Source of the DNA: Mobula hypostoma
Taxonomy: Eukaryota
NCBI RefSeq assembly: GCF_963921235.1
Contig: NC_086097.1
Span: forward strand, 251,598,001-251,662,000
DNA length: 64,000 bases
Direction: 5' to 3'
Below the pieces are notes generated by a model. The model worked only from the letters and a program-made list of their open reading frames with translations, searched no databases and had not been told where the DNA came from. Positions 38,279 through 50,745 of the stretch are shown piece by piece. Numbering within the stretch: the stretch's first letter is position 1; the number at the start of each line of letters is the position of its first letter. A program made the position numbers and the translations under genes.

Positions 38279-39287
38279 CCAAATAAATAATGCAAAGGTG
38301 GGGCGGGGGGGGGGGACGTCAAAGTGCAAAAAGAGAGCATAATAGTGAGGTGGTGTACATGGGTTCACTGTCCATTCAGAAATCTGATGCTGGAGAGCAC
38401 TAAGCTGTTCCTGAAACTTTGCGTGTGTGTCTTCAGGCTTCTATGCTTCCTCCTTGATGGAAGCAATGAGAAGAGGGCATGTTTTGGAGGGTGAGGGGCC
38501 TTGATGAAGAATGCCGCCGTTTTCAGACATTGCCTTTTGAAGATGTCCCCAGTGGTAGGGAAGATAGTGGCCATGATGGAGCTGGCTGAGTTTACAACTT
38601 TCTTCAGCTTTCCTGATCTGATAGAGTGACCCCTCCCTCACCATACCAGACAGCGATGCAACCAGTCAGCATACTCTCCATGGTACTCTACACGATTGAC
38701 ACTTGGTTACTGGACTGTGCGAGAATTGCAGGAATGCCATATCTTGAATGAAATTCTAAACCTAGGCAACATCTACATTTATGAGTTTCTTTGATATAAT
38801 TTTCAGAAAAGCAGAAAGGGACATCCTGGCCAATAATTATTTTAGCACGTAGTTACATTTCCAGTTTATTTGGCCAGTTCTCTTTGTAAAGTTATACAGT
38901 GTGAAAATTGGTGGTAGTTTTCCCAACATTATAACACTTGAAGTTCAAAGAGAGTACATTGATACTGCAGGTACTTGCAAAAGGTAGAGTGAGGACCGGC
39001 GGTCAGAGCGAGGACCGGGAGTCAGAAAGAGGACTGGGGGTCAGAGGGGGCAGTACAGCATAGCACAGACCCTTCAGCCAGTCCACAAAGTTGTGCTGAC
39101 CTTTAACGTACTTGAAGTTCAATCTAACCCTCACTTCTACATTTTTCAATCATTCATGATATCTAAAGAACTTACTTAGAGTCATAGAGCACTACAGCAC
39201 AGAAACAGGCCCTTCAGCCCATCTAGTCGACACTGATCTGTCATTCTGACTTATCCCATTGGCCTGCATCCAAATCACAGCCCTCTA

Positions 39288-39718
39288 TAGTCATAGTCAT
39301 AGTCATACTTTATTGATCCCGGGGAAAATTGGTTTTCGTTACAGTTGCACCATAAATAATTAAATAGCAATAAAACCATAAATAGTTAAATAGTAATATG
39401 TAAATTATGCTGGGAAATAAGTCCAGGACCAGCCTATTGGCTCAGGGTGTCTGACCCTCCAAGGGAGGAGTTGTAAAGTTTGATGGCCACAGGCAGGAAT
39501 GACTTCCTATGACGCTCTGTGTTGCATCTCGGTGGAATGAGTCTCTGGCTGAATGTACTCCTGTGCCCACCCAGTACATCATGTAGTGGATGGGAGACAT
39601 TGTCCAAGATGGCATGCAACTTGGACAGCATCCTCTTTTCAGACACCACCGTCAGAGAGTCCAGTTCCATCCCCACAACATCACTGGCCTTACGAATGAG
39701 TTTGTTGATTCTGTTGGT
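39288..39718 (-). mobile_element. Rex1/Babar-like 3' end
   Basis: ORF 39434-39676 nearly identical to the C-terminus of 25143-25691; (atagtc)n tail. Confidence 0.88.
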
Positions 39719-40154
39719 TCATGATGTCGTGAAGTTCATGGTTTTGCAGTAGCCATACAGTGCAAGACACAAAAATCACTACAAGTTACAATAAGAAACT
39801 TAAAATATAAGTAAGGAGTGCAAAAAGAGCAAATGGGTTCATTGTCCATTCAGAAATCTGATGGTGGAGGGAAAGAAGCTGTTCCAAAAAACAGGTGAGC
39901 ATGGGTCTTTAATGTCCTGTACCTTCTCTCTGATGGAGCAATGAGAAGAGGCATGAAATACAATAGAATTATCATGAAGAATTACTATTTTATTTAGAAT
40001 TATGTATAGAGGAACTAGACATAAATAAAGACTGACAAACAGCCGATGTACAAAAGAAGACAAATGGTGTGAATATAAATTCAGGGATCAGCTTTATTTT
40101 GCTGAATATATTTATATGTGCTAGGAATTTGCTCTGGTGTGGTTATATAAATAG

Positions 40155-40512
40155 GTATTTTTTTCTCTCCCCCTTATGGGCGGTGTGTATGTGTATTTTC
40201 CCCCGAATCTCGGATCCTCTAGCAGGTAGAGTATCCTTGCTGTTTCTATTACTGCGCTCTCCTGGACCGAGATCTCGGATGTTGTTCCCGGGGTTTGTTA
40301 GAGCCACTCTCCCAGTCCAGGTGTCACAGCTCCAAGTGCTCCTATCACCACCGGGATTACTCTGGCTTTAACCTTCCACATCCTCTCTATCTGCTCTCTC
40401 AAGCCCCGGGATTTCTCCAGCTTCTCACGTTCTCTCTTCCTGAAGTTCCTGTCGTTCGGGATTGCCACATATATTACTATTGCTTTCCTCTGTTCCTTGT
40501 CCAGAAATACAG
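40155..40512 (-). mobile_element. R4/Dong (Rex6-like) non-LTR retrotransposon 3' fragment (RLE domain)
   Basis: Manual translation: LDKEQRKAIVIYVAIPNDRNFRKREREKLEKSRGLREQIERMWKVKARVIPVVIGALGAVTPGLGEWL*QTPGTTSEISVQESAVIETARIL. Confidence 0.8.
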
Positions 40513-40526
40513 AAATTTATATATAA

Positions 40527-41560
40527 TGATGAGAATAGGTTGAGTGAACTTGGCCTTTTCTCCTTGGAGCGACGGAGGATGAGAGGTGACCTGATAGAGG
40601 TGTATAAGATGATGAGAGGCATTGATCGTGTGGATAGTTAGAGGCTTTTTCCCAGGGCTGAAATGGTTGCCACAAGAGGACACAGGTTTAAGGTGCTGGG
40701 GAGTAGGTACAGAGGAGATGTCAGGGGTAAGTTTTTTACTCAGAGAGTGGTGAGTGCGTGGAATGGGCTGCAGGCAATAGTAGTGGAAGTGGATACAATA
40801 GGGTCTTTTAAGAGACTTTTGGATAGGTGATTGGAGCTTAGTAAAATAGAGGGCTATGGGTAACCCTAGTAATTTCTAAGGTAGGGACATGTTCGGCACA
40901 ACTTTGTGGGCTGATGGGCCTGTATTGTGCTGTAGGTTTTCTATGTTTCTATAAGTCACTTGGACGAGATGAGGTAATGTTGCAGCTATATAGGACCCTG
41001 GTCTGACCCCACTTGGAGTACTGTGCTCAGTTCTGGTCGCCTCACTGTAGTAAGGATATGGAAACTATAGAAAGGGTGCAGGGGAGATTTACAAGGATGT
41101 TGCCTGGATTGGGGAGCATGCCTTATGAGAATAGGTTGAGTGAACTCGGCCTTTTCTCCTTGGAGTGACAGAGGATGAGAGGTGACCTGATAGAGGTGTA
41201 TAAGATGATGAGAGGCATTGATCGTGTGGATGGTCAGAGGCTTTTTCCCAGGGCTGAAATGGGCTAGCATGAGAGGGCATAGTTTTAAGGTTATTGTAAG
41301 CAGGTACAGAGGAGATGTCAGGGGTAAATTTTTTTTATGCAGAGACTGGTGAGTGCGTGGAATAGGCTGCAGGCAGCGGTGGTGGAGGCAAAAACGATAG
41401 AGTCTTTTAAGAGGCTCCTGGGTGGCTACATGGAGCTTAGAAAAATAGGGGGCTATGGGTAACCCTCTGTAGTTCTCAGGTAAGGACATGTTCGGCACAG
41501 CTTTGTGGGCCGAAAGACCTGTATTGTGCTGTAGGGTTTCTATGTTTTATGTTCTATGTA
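40527..41560 (+). mobile_element. Two head-to-tail CR1 3' ends of the same family
   Basis: 40527-40952 and 40975-41560 share tgagaataggttgagtgaact..gaggtgacctgatagaggtgtataag and (tttctatg)n tails. Confidence 0.9.
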
Positions 41561-43500
41561 TATTATATTACAGAATATATATTGAGAAAATGAGTTGTAG
41601 GATTGTTGAACGTGAATTTGTCGATTGCGGACTCAGTTCAGAGTTGAACTGACGTGAGTGGAGTTACCCACGCTGGTTCTAAATATATCTTCAGTTCTTT
41701 TTTGAATTTGATAAATATGAAATGATTTCTACACATTGCAGATGAAACTGAGAAAAACTTTCGAAATGTAAACCCGAAAGGCTGGAAACTCTCCCAACAG
41801 GTTGGCGAACCCGGGCTCCTGCCTGCAGGGCCATTTTCTGTGGTTCCGAACATGGTTTCGCGGTCCTGTAGTCGCAGCTGTCTTGACCAATGGATCACTC
41901 GTCTCGCAGTTTCCTGAGAGCACAGCCTCAGAACAGAGAGATGTCCTTTCAGAACGGAGATGAGGGGAAATTTCTTTAGCCAGAGGGTGGTGAATCTGTG
42001 GAATTCATTGCCACATATGGCTGTGGAGGCCAAGTCATTAGGCATATTTAATGAAGAGACCGAAAAGTTCTTAAGTAGTCAGGGCGACAAAGGTTCCGGG
42101 GAAAAGGCGGGAGAATGGCGTTGAAAGGGGTAATATATCAACCATGGCACGGCAGACACGATGGATCGAATGGTCTATTTCTTGATCGAGATGTCAGCAC
42201 AACCAATGATCTCACTATCTTGTTATCTGATGTTCTGGTTATTTATTGCTAATTATTTATATTTGTATTTGCACAGTTTGTTGCCTTCTCCACTCTGGTT
42301 GATCTTTCATTGATCCTGGTTACAGTTACAGTTAGTTCTATAGATTTATTGACCACGTCCGCAAGAAAACGAATCTCAGGGTAGTATGTGATGACATTTA
42401 TGTACATTGATAATACACTCACTTTGTGAACGTTTTGTACTTTGTACAGTACTGTGGTTTCAGAGATAAATTCCATTTGGCAACATGTAGCGATATTTGC
42501 TTTGTTTTCCCGGGCATTTGTCACCACACAACACAGTAAATCCTGTTTGGGGGGGAAATATTTACAAATCGGAGCGTGTGATAATTCAAAAATATTTAAT
42601 TGGTGACTAAAAACCCAGCGGTCGATTAAATGTGAGGTGTGTATGTCTGTTCGCTTGTAGTGTGCTTGTGAATTCAGCTGTCTCTGTCGTGGATAGAGAT
42701 TAAATAACGGCGGCAACATCAAAACGGCGAAGGGAAGAGTTCACTCCTAATCTTTTTTACAGACCAGTCTTTCAAGATACCAATGAAGGTCAGATTAATG
42801 GGCATTTTATTGCGAAAAGTAAGGTATCAGCGTTAGTGCAGAGTGGATTGACACGAATGGTGAAAAGCCCACGCCGTTTGCATGCCCGGGGTGTCCGGTG
42901 TCGGAATAAATCTCAACTCGGAAATGAATTCCAGTCTCCAGTTCATTACATGGAAATCTGTCTCTTTTATTCCCAGACAATTGACTTTTGAAAGCGCTTG
43001 CTCCACGACAACACGGAAGACATTAACCGGATCACGCGGCATTACTTTAAGCTGTTGGTCAGATAAATGCTGAAGCTTTATCAGGCATTGGTCAAACCGC
43101 ACCACAGAGTTGTGAGAGCAATGTTTCCTCGAATTTGTAATAACCAGCTTGCACAAAAATCTTGTGCTGTGCAATATTTTTGTCCAGTGACAACAATATG
43201 TGCACACTGAATTTTATATATAGAGGTATTCATTTTAACAGCTAGCAAAAACTGTTGATAAGAACTTTGATTTCCTCTGGGTTTGATTTCTCTCACAGAA
43301 CATAAGGCCTGCAGCGGGTAATGAAGGATTCTCTCGCTGGAGGTTCTGGGCACCGTCCATATGTGATTTGCTTGCTAAATGACGCTTTAAAAGTCAAGCT
43401 TCCAAAAATCACTCCACTTCTTCCCACTTGCAAATTCTCCAGGAACTTTTGCATCGCGACAATACACGTAGGTAATACCTGTTTCGGTATGGTACGTAAT

Positions 43501-45038
43501 TGACATCAATGGATCTGGGGTTGAGAGGGTGAAGAGCTTTAAATTCCTCGGCATAAACATCACGGAGGATCTCACGTGGTCTGTACATACCAGCTGTGTG
43601 GTGAAAAAGGCACAACAGTGCTTCTTTCAGCTCAGACGATTGAGGAAGTTTGGTACGGGCCCCCAAATCCTAGGAACTTTCTCCATGGGCACAATTGACA
43701 GCATCCTGACTGGCTGCATCACTGCCTGGTATGGGAACTGTACTTCCCTCAATCGTAGCACTCTGCAGAGAGTGGTGGGGACAGCCCAGCACATCTGTAG
43801 ATGTGAACTTCCTACTATTCAGGACATTTACAAAGACAGGTATGTAAAAGGAGCCTGAAGGATCATTGGAAACCGGAGTCATCCCAACCACAAACTGTTC
43901 CAGCTGCTACCATCTGGGAAATGGTACCACAGCATAAAAGCCAGGACCAACAGGCTCCGGGACAACTTCTTCCACCAGGCCATCAGACTGATTAATTCAT
44001 GCTGATACAATTTATCAACCGTCACCAATTGAGACAAATCGGATAGAACCATCATTTCAACTTGACGAAACAACCCAGGAAAACGTGGACCACTTTCCAT
44101 ATCTTGGAAGTCACCTCTCCTCCGATGTCGACCTTAATGACAAGATCCAACATCGTCTTAAATGCGCTGGAACAGCTTTTGGACGTCTCTGAACAAGAGT
44201 CTTTCATGATCATGACATCCAAACAGACACCAAAATGTTAGTGTACAAAGCAGTGGTGATCCCAACGCTCCTGTATGCATCAGCAACCTGGACAACATAC
44301 CGACGACATCTGAAGGCACTTGAAAAGTTCCATCAATGCTGTCTTCGAAACATCTTAAATATCAGCTGGGCAGATAGAAGAACCAACGTCAGTGTGCTAA
44401 ATGAAGCAAAAACAACAAGCATTGAAGCCTACGTCATCAAGAACCAACTAAGATGGAGCGGTCATGTTGTGTGGATGAACGACAAACGTCTGCCGAAACA
44501 AATCTTCTACTCCCAGCTTAAAGAAGGCAAACGTAAAAGAGGCGGACAACAGAAGAGATTCAAAGGCGTCTTAAAAGCCAACATGAAGAAATGTAACATC
44601 GACATCAACAATTGGAAAACCAATGCCAAGGACAGGAAACTCTGACAAGCCATCATCCGAGAAGGAACAGCAACTTTCGAAGCCAACAGATGTGCAGAAT
44701 TAGAAGAAAAGAGAAGAAAATGGAAAGAGAGGCAGCAACAACCAAAGCCCGATCTGCCATCTGGAGCTACCTGTCCTGAATGCGGAAGAACTTTCAAAAC
44801 CAAGATTGGACTCATAAGCCACTTGCGAGCCCATAAGTAGATCAACAGAACGAAGACCATCATCCTTGACCTTGAGGGATAGCCACGACGACAATTTCTA
44901 TACTATATTGACTGCCCTGTTGTGCATACTATTTATTATAAATTACTATAAATTGCACATTCAAACAGAGACGTAGCATAATGATTTTACTCCTCGTGTA
45001 TGTGCAAGGTGTAAGAAAGACAGTCACTTCGATTCAAA
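43501..45038 (+). mobile_element. Rex1/Babar-like 3' end nested in the hAT element
   Basis: FKFLGINITEDLTWS..KKAQQCFFQLRRLRKF..ILTGCITAWYGN; its 3' tail resumes at 44891 after the RTE insert. Confidence 0.85.
44012..44892 (+). mobile_element. RTE-BovB-like LINE 3' part
   Basis: VYKAVVIPTLLYASATWT..QLRWSGHV..RLPKQIFYSQL..GGQQKRFK; terminal CPECGRTFKTKIGLISHLRAH; gagggatagcc(acg)n tail; acaattt on both sides. Confidence 0.88.
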
Positions 45039-45406
45039 GTATTTCTCCTAGCTGCACTTTCCTGACCTCATGAGCTTTCTGTCTAGCGGTTTCCACTGTT
45101 TCACTGAGCCATTCCATTTTAAGTGAACTAGGAGTTCTTCGGCGCTTCACGACCTTTGATTCTTTGCGATTCGACATTGTGAATCAATAATTTCTTCAGT
45201 AAAACAGTATAAATAAGCCAGTTCTAAAATCTGCGGACAAATCATCACAAACTCCTCATTGTCAACACTGTCCGCATGAGAACCAGGAAAGGGAAATGTG
45301 ATTGTGTACAATTGTTAACTTTCGATGAAGAGGGTCGCAACCTTTTGTGCGCAGGTAGCAAAAGATCTGTGTGCACGCACTTGCGCACACCTTAGGGGGC
45401 ACATTG

Positions 45407-45930
45407 GTTGTGAGCAATTTTGGGCCCCTTGCGTAAGAAAAAATGTGCTGGCATGGGAGAGGGTCTGGAGGAGGTTCACGAGAATGATTCCGGGAACTAA
45501 GGGGTTAATATATGAGGAGCGTTTGATGGCCCTGGACCTGTACTCCCTGGAGTTTAGAAGAATGGGAGGGGGAGGGGAATCACTATGGAATGGTGAAAGG
45601 TCTGGATAGAGTGAATGTGGGGAGGACGTTTCCTATGGTGGGAGAGTCTAGGACCAGAGGGCACAGCCTCAGAATAGGGGGATGTCTGTTTAGAACAGAA
45701 GTGAGGAGGAATTTCTTTAGCCAGAAGGTGGAGAGTCTGTGGAATTCATTGGCACAGATGGCTACAGAGGCCAAGTCATTGGGTACATTAAAATCAGAGG
45801 TTGACAGGTTCTTGATTAGTCAGGGTGTCAAAGGTTATGGGGAGAAGGACCGAGAATTGGTTTGAGAGGGATAAGTTAGACATGATGAAATGGTGGAGGC
45901 TGCGTGGCCTATTCTGATTTGATGTCTTAT
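45407..45930 (+). mobile_element. CR1 3' end (its 5' piece is at ~43067-43118)
   Basis: QFWAPCVRKNVLAWERVWRRFTRMIPG..LYSLEFRRM. Confidence 0.85.
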
Positions 45931-47579
45931 GGGGATAGCCCAACACCGCTTCTCAATGGAAGGACAACACTGAACTGATTCCACAACCTATCGACTCACT
46001 CACATAGATCACATTCTTAATATTCATTGCTTCTTTATTTATTATTATTATTTTGTTTTTGTTCTTTATATTGTCGTCTTTTGCATACTGGTTTTTCACT
46101 GTCTTTGTTATATGCAGTTTTTCATCAATTCCACTGTGTTTCTTTGTAGTTACTGCGAAAGCCCGTGAGCAAATGAACCTCAGGGCTGTGTATGGTGACA
46201 GATACGTACAGTGATAATAAATTTAGTTTGAAACAAGAATGGTTGGCAAATTAGTTTAATCATATTCGTAACATTAAAATGTATCAACAGATCATTCATG
46301 CATTTTGTCTTTCGAACAGTAATGGATTATGATGTGTTTTTTCTTGGGTACTTTTCCATGAAGGCAGCATCTGTTGGATATGCTCACAAGAATTAGCTAG
46401 TAGTTGTGAAGATAGTGGGTTCTGATTGATCTCCCGGCTTATTATTCATTTCAATACATTTTTATTCCTGATACATATTTCAACATTCACAGGTTTTTGT
46501 TTAGTCACGGTGAATGTTGTTGAGAAGGATAATTAACCTGCTGTGATGAAGCAGACTCGATGGGCTGAAGGGCCTAATTCTGCTCCTACGTGTGATGGTG
46601 TTACCACTACCATATCAGTACTGAAACAACCAGCTGTAATTGAGCTGATTATTCCATTCAAAGCAAACTCATCGAATGCGTGAATTTTAAAACATAAATT
46701 TCAAAAGCCATCTCCAAAATCTGAATAAATCCCCCTCCTTCAAAGGAAAAGATTAGCCGAAAGGAGAAAAGACTGTGAATGCCTAATCTCAATCTTTTCC
46801 AAAAGGAATTCCTGTGTTAGAGTTATGAAACACTACAGAACAGAAACAGTCCCTTTGGCCCATCTAGTCCATGCTGAACTATTGTTCTGTCTACTCCCAT
46901 TGATCTGCACTGGGACCGAAGCCCTCCATACCCCTCCCATCAATGTACCTATCCAAACTCCTCTTAAATGTTGCAATTGAACCCGCATCCACCGCTTCCA
47001 CTGGCAGCTCATTCCACACTCTCACCACCTTCTGAGTGCAAAAGATTCCCCTTGGGTTCCTCTTGAATATTTCACCTTTTACTCTTAACCTATTACTTCT
47101 AGTTCTAGTCTCACCCACCCTCAGTGGAAATCTGATGGCAGAGAGGAAGAAGCTGTTCCTAATATGTTGAGTGTGTGTCTTCAATCTCCAACAGCTCCTC
47201 TCTGCTGGTAGCAATGAGATGAGAGCATGACCTGGTTGCTGAGGGTCCTTAATGATGAGTTGTCACCACACCCACTCCAGCACAGGTTAGAGGCTTTTTA
47301 TAACAACCACATAAAGGTCAGACCACCCAGGTTACTGAATCAAACACTGAATGTTTGGAATATGGAGTATTACTTATTAATTATTTGTTTTTTATTTGTA
47401 ATCTTCCTCATTCACATTGTTTTTTTTGTCCATCTTTGTGTAGTAGTTTCTCATTGATTCTGTCGGGTTTCTTTGTATCCAATGTAAATGCCCGCAAGAA
47501 AATGACTGTCAGGGTAGTATTTGGTGACATACAGAATGTAGAAATTCAAAGTTCAAATTAAGTTTATTATCGAGGTACA

Positions 47580-49058
47580 CAGTGCCTATAAAAAGCATTC
47601 ACCCCGCCCCCCCCCCCTTGGAAGTTATCATGTTTTATTGTTTTGCAACATTGAATTACTTTGGATTAGTTTGGCTTTTTTTGACACTGATCAACAAAAA
47701 AGGACTCTTTCATGTCAAAGCAAAAACAAACCTCTACAAAACTAATTGCAAATATAAAACACAAAATAATTGATTGCATAAGTATTCAGCCCCTTTAACA
47801 TGACACACCAAGTCACCACTGGTGCAGCCAGTTGGTTTTTGAAGTCACATAATGAGTTAAATGGAGATCACTGTGTGCAGTCAAGGTGTTTGAATTTTGA
47901 TTACAGTAAAAATACACCTGTTTCTGGAAGCTCCAACTGCTGGTGAGTCAGTATCCTGGCAAAAACTACACCATGAAGACAAAAGGACACGCTAAGCAAC
48001 TCTGCGAGAAGGTTATTGAAAAGCACAAGTTAGGAGATTTGTGTACAGTTAAGTCAATCATCAAGAAATGGAAAGAATATGGAAAGTAAATCTGTCTAGA
48101 GCAGGCCAATCAAAAACTGAGTGACTGTGCAAGAAGGGGACTAGTGAGGAAGGCTACCAAGTGACCTGTGACAACTCTAGAGAAGTTAGAAGCTTCAGTG
48201 GCTGAGATGGGAGAGACTACATATACAACAACTGTTGCCTGGGTGCTTCACCAGTCACAGCTTTATGGGAGAGTGGCAAAGAGAAAGCCACTGTTGAAAA
48301 AAACTCACATGAAATCTCAGCTAGAGTTTGCCAGAAGGCCTGTGGGAGACACTGAAGTCAGCTGGAAGAAGGTTCTATGGTCTGATGAAACCAAAATTAA
48401 GCTTTTTGGCCAGTAGATTAAATGCTATGTTTGGCATAAGCCAAGCACCACACATCATCAAAAACATACCATCCCTACTGTGAAGCATGGTGGTGGCTGC
48501 ATCATGCTGTGGGGATGCTCTACTGCAGCAGGCTCTGGAAGGCTTGTGAAGGTAGAGGGTAAAATGAATGTAGCGAAATACAGGGAAATCCTGGAGGAAA
48601 CCCTGATGCAGGCTGCAAGAGAATCTTGGGAGAAGATTTGTTTTCCAGCAAGACAATGACCCCAAGCATAAAGCCAAATCTACACAGAAATGGCTTAAAA
48701 AAGTTAATGCCCTGGAGTGGCCAAGTCAAAGTCTAGAACTCAATCCAATTGAGCATTTGAGGTTGGACTTGAAAAAGACTGATCCCTATGCAATCTGACA
48801 GAACTTGAGCAGTTTGTAAAGAACAATGGGGAAATATTGCAGTGTCTAGATGTGTAAATCTGATAGAGACCTATTCACACAGACTTAAGATGGCAATTGC
48901 TACCAAAGGCCCATCTACTAAATACTGACTTGAAGGGGGTGAGTAATTATGTAATCAATTTTTTTTTAAATAATTGTAATAAATTTAGACCAATTTGTAG
49001 AAATTTGTTTTCACTTTGACACGAAAGAGTATTTTTCTGTTGATCAGTGTCAAAAAAG
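47580..49058 (+). mobile_element. Tc1 DNA transposon (long IR/DR-type TIRs), decayed, right TIR truncated
   Basis: Starts cagtgcc; ttttttgacactgatcaaca (47677) inverted at 49038-49057; transposase remnant 47973-48928 with [31 protein letters not shown]. Confidence 0.92.
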
Positions 49059-50229
49059 TACTGAAGCCTGAGGAGCATTTGATAGATCTGGATCTGTACT
49101 CACTGGAGTTCCGAAGAAAGGGGAGGGATCTCACTGAACATTGAAAGGAACACAGACAAGATACTGGAGGAACTCGGCAAGTCAGGCAGCATCTGTGGAA
49201 ATAAATGAACTATCGAAGTCTCTGGCCAATACCTTTCTTCAGGGCTGGAAATGAAGGGGGAAGATGTTAGAATAAAAAAAAGGGGGGAGGGAAAGAAAGA
49301 TAGTTATAAGGTGATAGGCAAAACCAGGTAGGTAGGAAAGACAAAAGCTGGAGAAGAAGGAATCTGATAGGAGAGGGGAGTGGACTGTAGCTGAGGGGGA
49401 GGGGGATCCAGGGGGAGGTGAGAGGCAGGTCAGAAGAGCTAAGAGTGGGGAACAGTAGAAGAGGACTAGATAGAGTAGATGTGGAGAGGATGTTTCCAAA
49501 AGTGGGTGAGACTAGCACCAGAGGGCACAGCCTCAGAATAGAGGAACTTCCCTTAACACAGATGAGGATTTCTGTGGAATTTATTGCCACAGGTCATCGG
49601 GTATATTTAAAGCAGAGGTTGGTAGGTACTTGAGTAGTCAGGGCATCAAAGGTTAAAGGGCGAGTGGGGCCCCGAGAGATAATAAACCAGCCATGATGGA
49701 ATGGCAGAGCAGATTCGATGGGCTGAATAGCCTAATTGTGCTCCTGTGTTTTATCGTCTTATGTTCCAGCATCTGATGAGAGAAAACATTTCCTCTGTAT
49801 TCCCAAATCTTCACACATTAATAATAAATCAAGACTACAAATTTAATTTTCTGTGTAGGAGTGAATAGAGGGCCACAGATATCTGAGTTCTTCTGCATCG
49901 GTAATTGTCACTCTGTGATGCAGAAAACAATCGCGGATTGCATGCTGATAACAGAAACCTCGTCAAATACATATTCGAAAAGCAAATGATTAAAATAAAT
50001 CCCTCACAGAGTAACATCCCTTTCAAATTTGGAATACTAATGAGTTGTTAATTAAAACAGCCCTCAAACATCTGTGTTAAAACAACAAACTCCATACTCA
50101 CGTAGGAAATTTTAATGTTGAAAAATGTCCCAAGTGCTTTGCTTATGCATAATAAGAAAAGAAAACATATCTACAATGTTGTATTATTGTTCTAATGTAG
50201 AGAGATTTGTTCCTTAAGGCCGTTATAGC

Positions 50230-50745
50230 TGGGGGTGGTAGCAGGGATAAGCTCCCACTACCTATTAAATGCTCCTGATGGCATGCGTCTCAAATTGCCT
50301 CTGACAGGCAAGTCCAGCTCCTGGCTTTCACGTGGGGCTTAGCTACTTGGTCCGGCAGAACTGTTCTGCTGACAGGAGAAGAGGCAAAGATGGGTTACTG
50401 GCGCCTTAAAACCAGTTGCTTCAGGGAGATGGGAATTATCAGCCATGGTTGGCAGCTGATCTATAAGAAGGAAAACTCTGATCTCAAACCTCCGCTGTCT
50501 AGCAGCTATACCCACTCATGGGGAAGGCTTCGGCAGTAACCCCCAAGGAAAAAATCTGGAGCTGGAGACCCTAAGACAGTCCTACACTGAGTTCAACGCT
50601 GACAGGCAACTCCTGTGATGTCGCTGGTGCCAAACTGTAACGGTCTCTCTGCCATTTCTTTGGATTCATCAGCTGTGAGGAGAGGGGGAGCCTACTGCAT
50701 GGGCAACAGCTTGCTCTCCATATCATAATGCTCTGTCTTGCATAC
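50230..50745 (+). mobile_element. RTE-5'UTR-type non-autonomous element
   Basis: gaaggaaaactctga, tacccactcatggggaagg, gggcaacagc blocks shared with 33745-34055 and 37530-37925. Confidence 0.6.

Larger units (their letters stand above)
43119..45406 (-). mobile_element. Internally deleted hAT (Tip100-like) DNA transposon carrying nested LINEs
   Basis: TIRs caatgtttcctcgaa / rc caatgtgccccctaa; gttgtgag at 43109-43116 and 45407-45414; transposase N-terminus MSNRKESKVVKRRR..(from 45177) joins ..YCRDAK..WKLDF/KRHLASKSH (43500-43350). Confidence 0.72.

Noticed and set aside
41741..41917. Possible cadherin exon 2 after ttgcag
   Set aside because: Phase-1 translation (DETEKNFRNVNPKGW...) has no cadherin character and reaches a stop with no convincing donor
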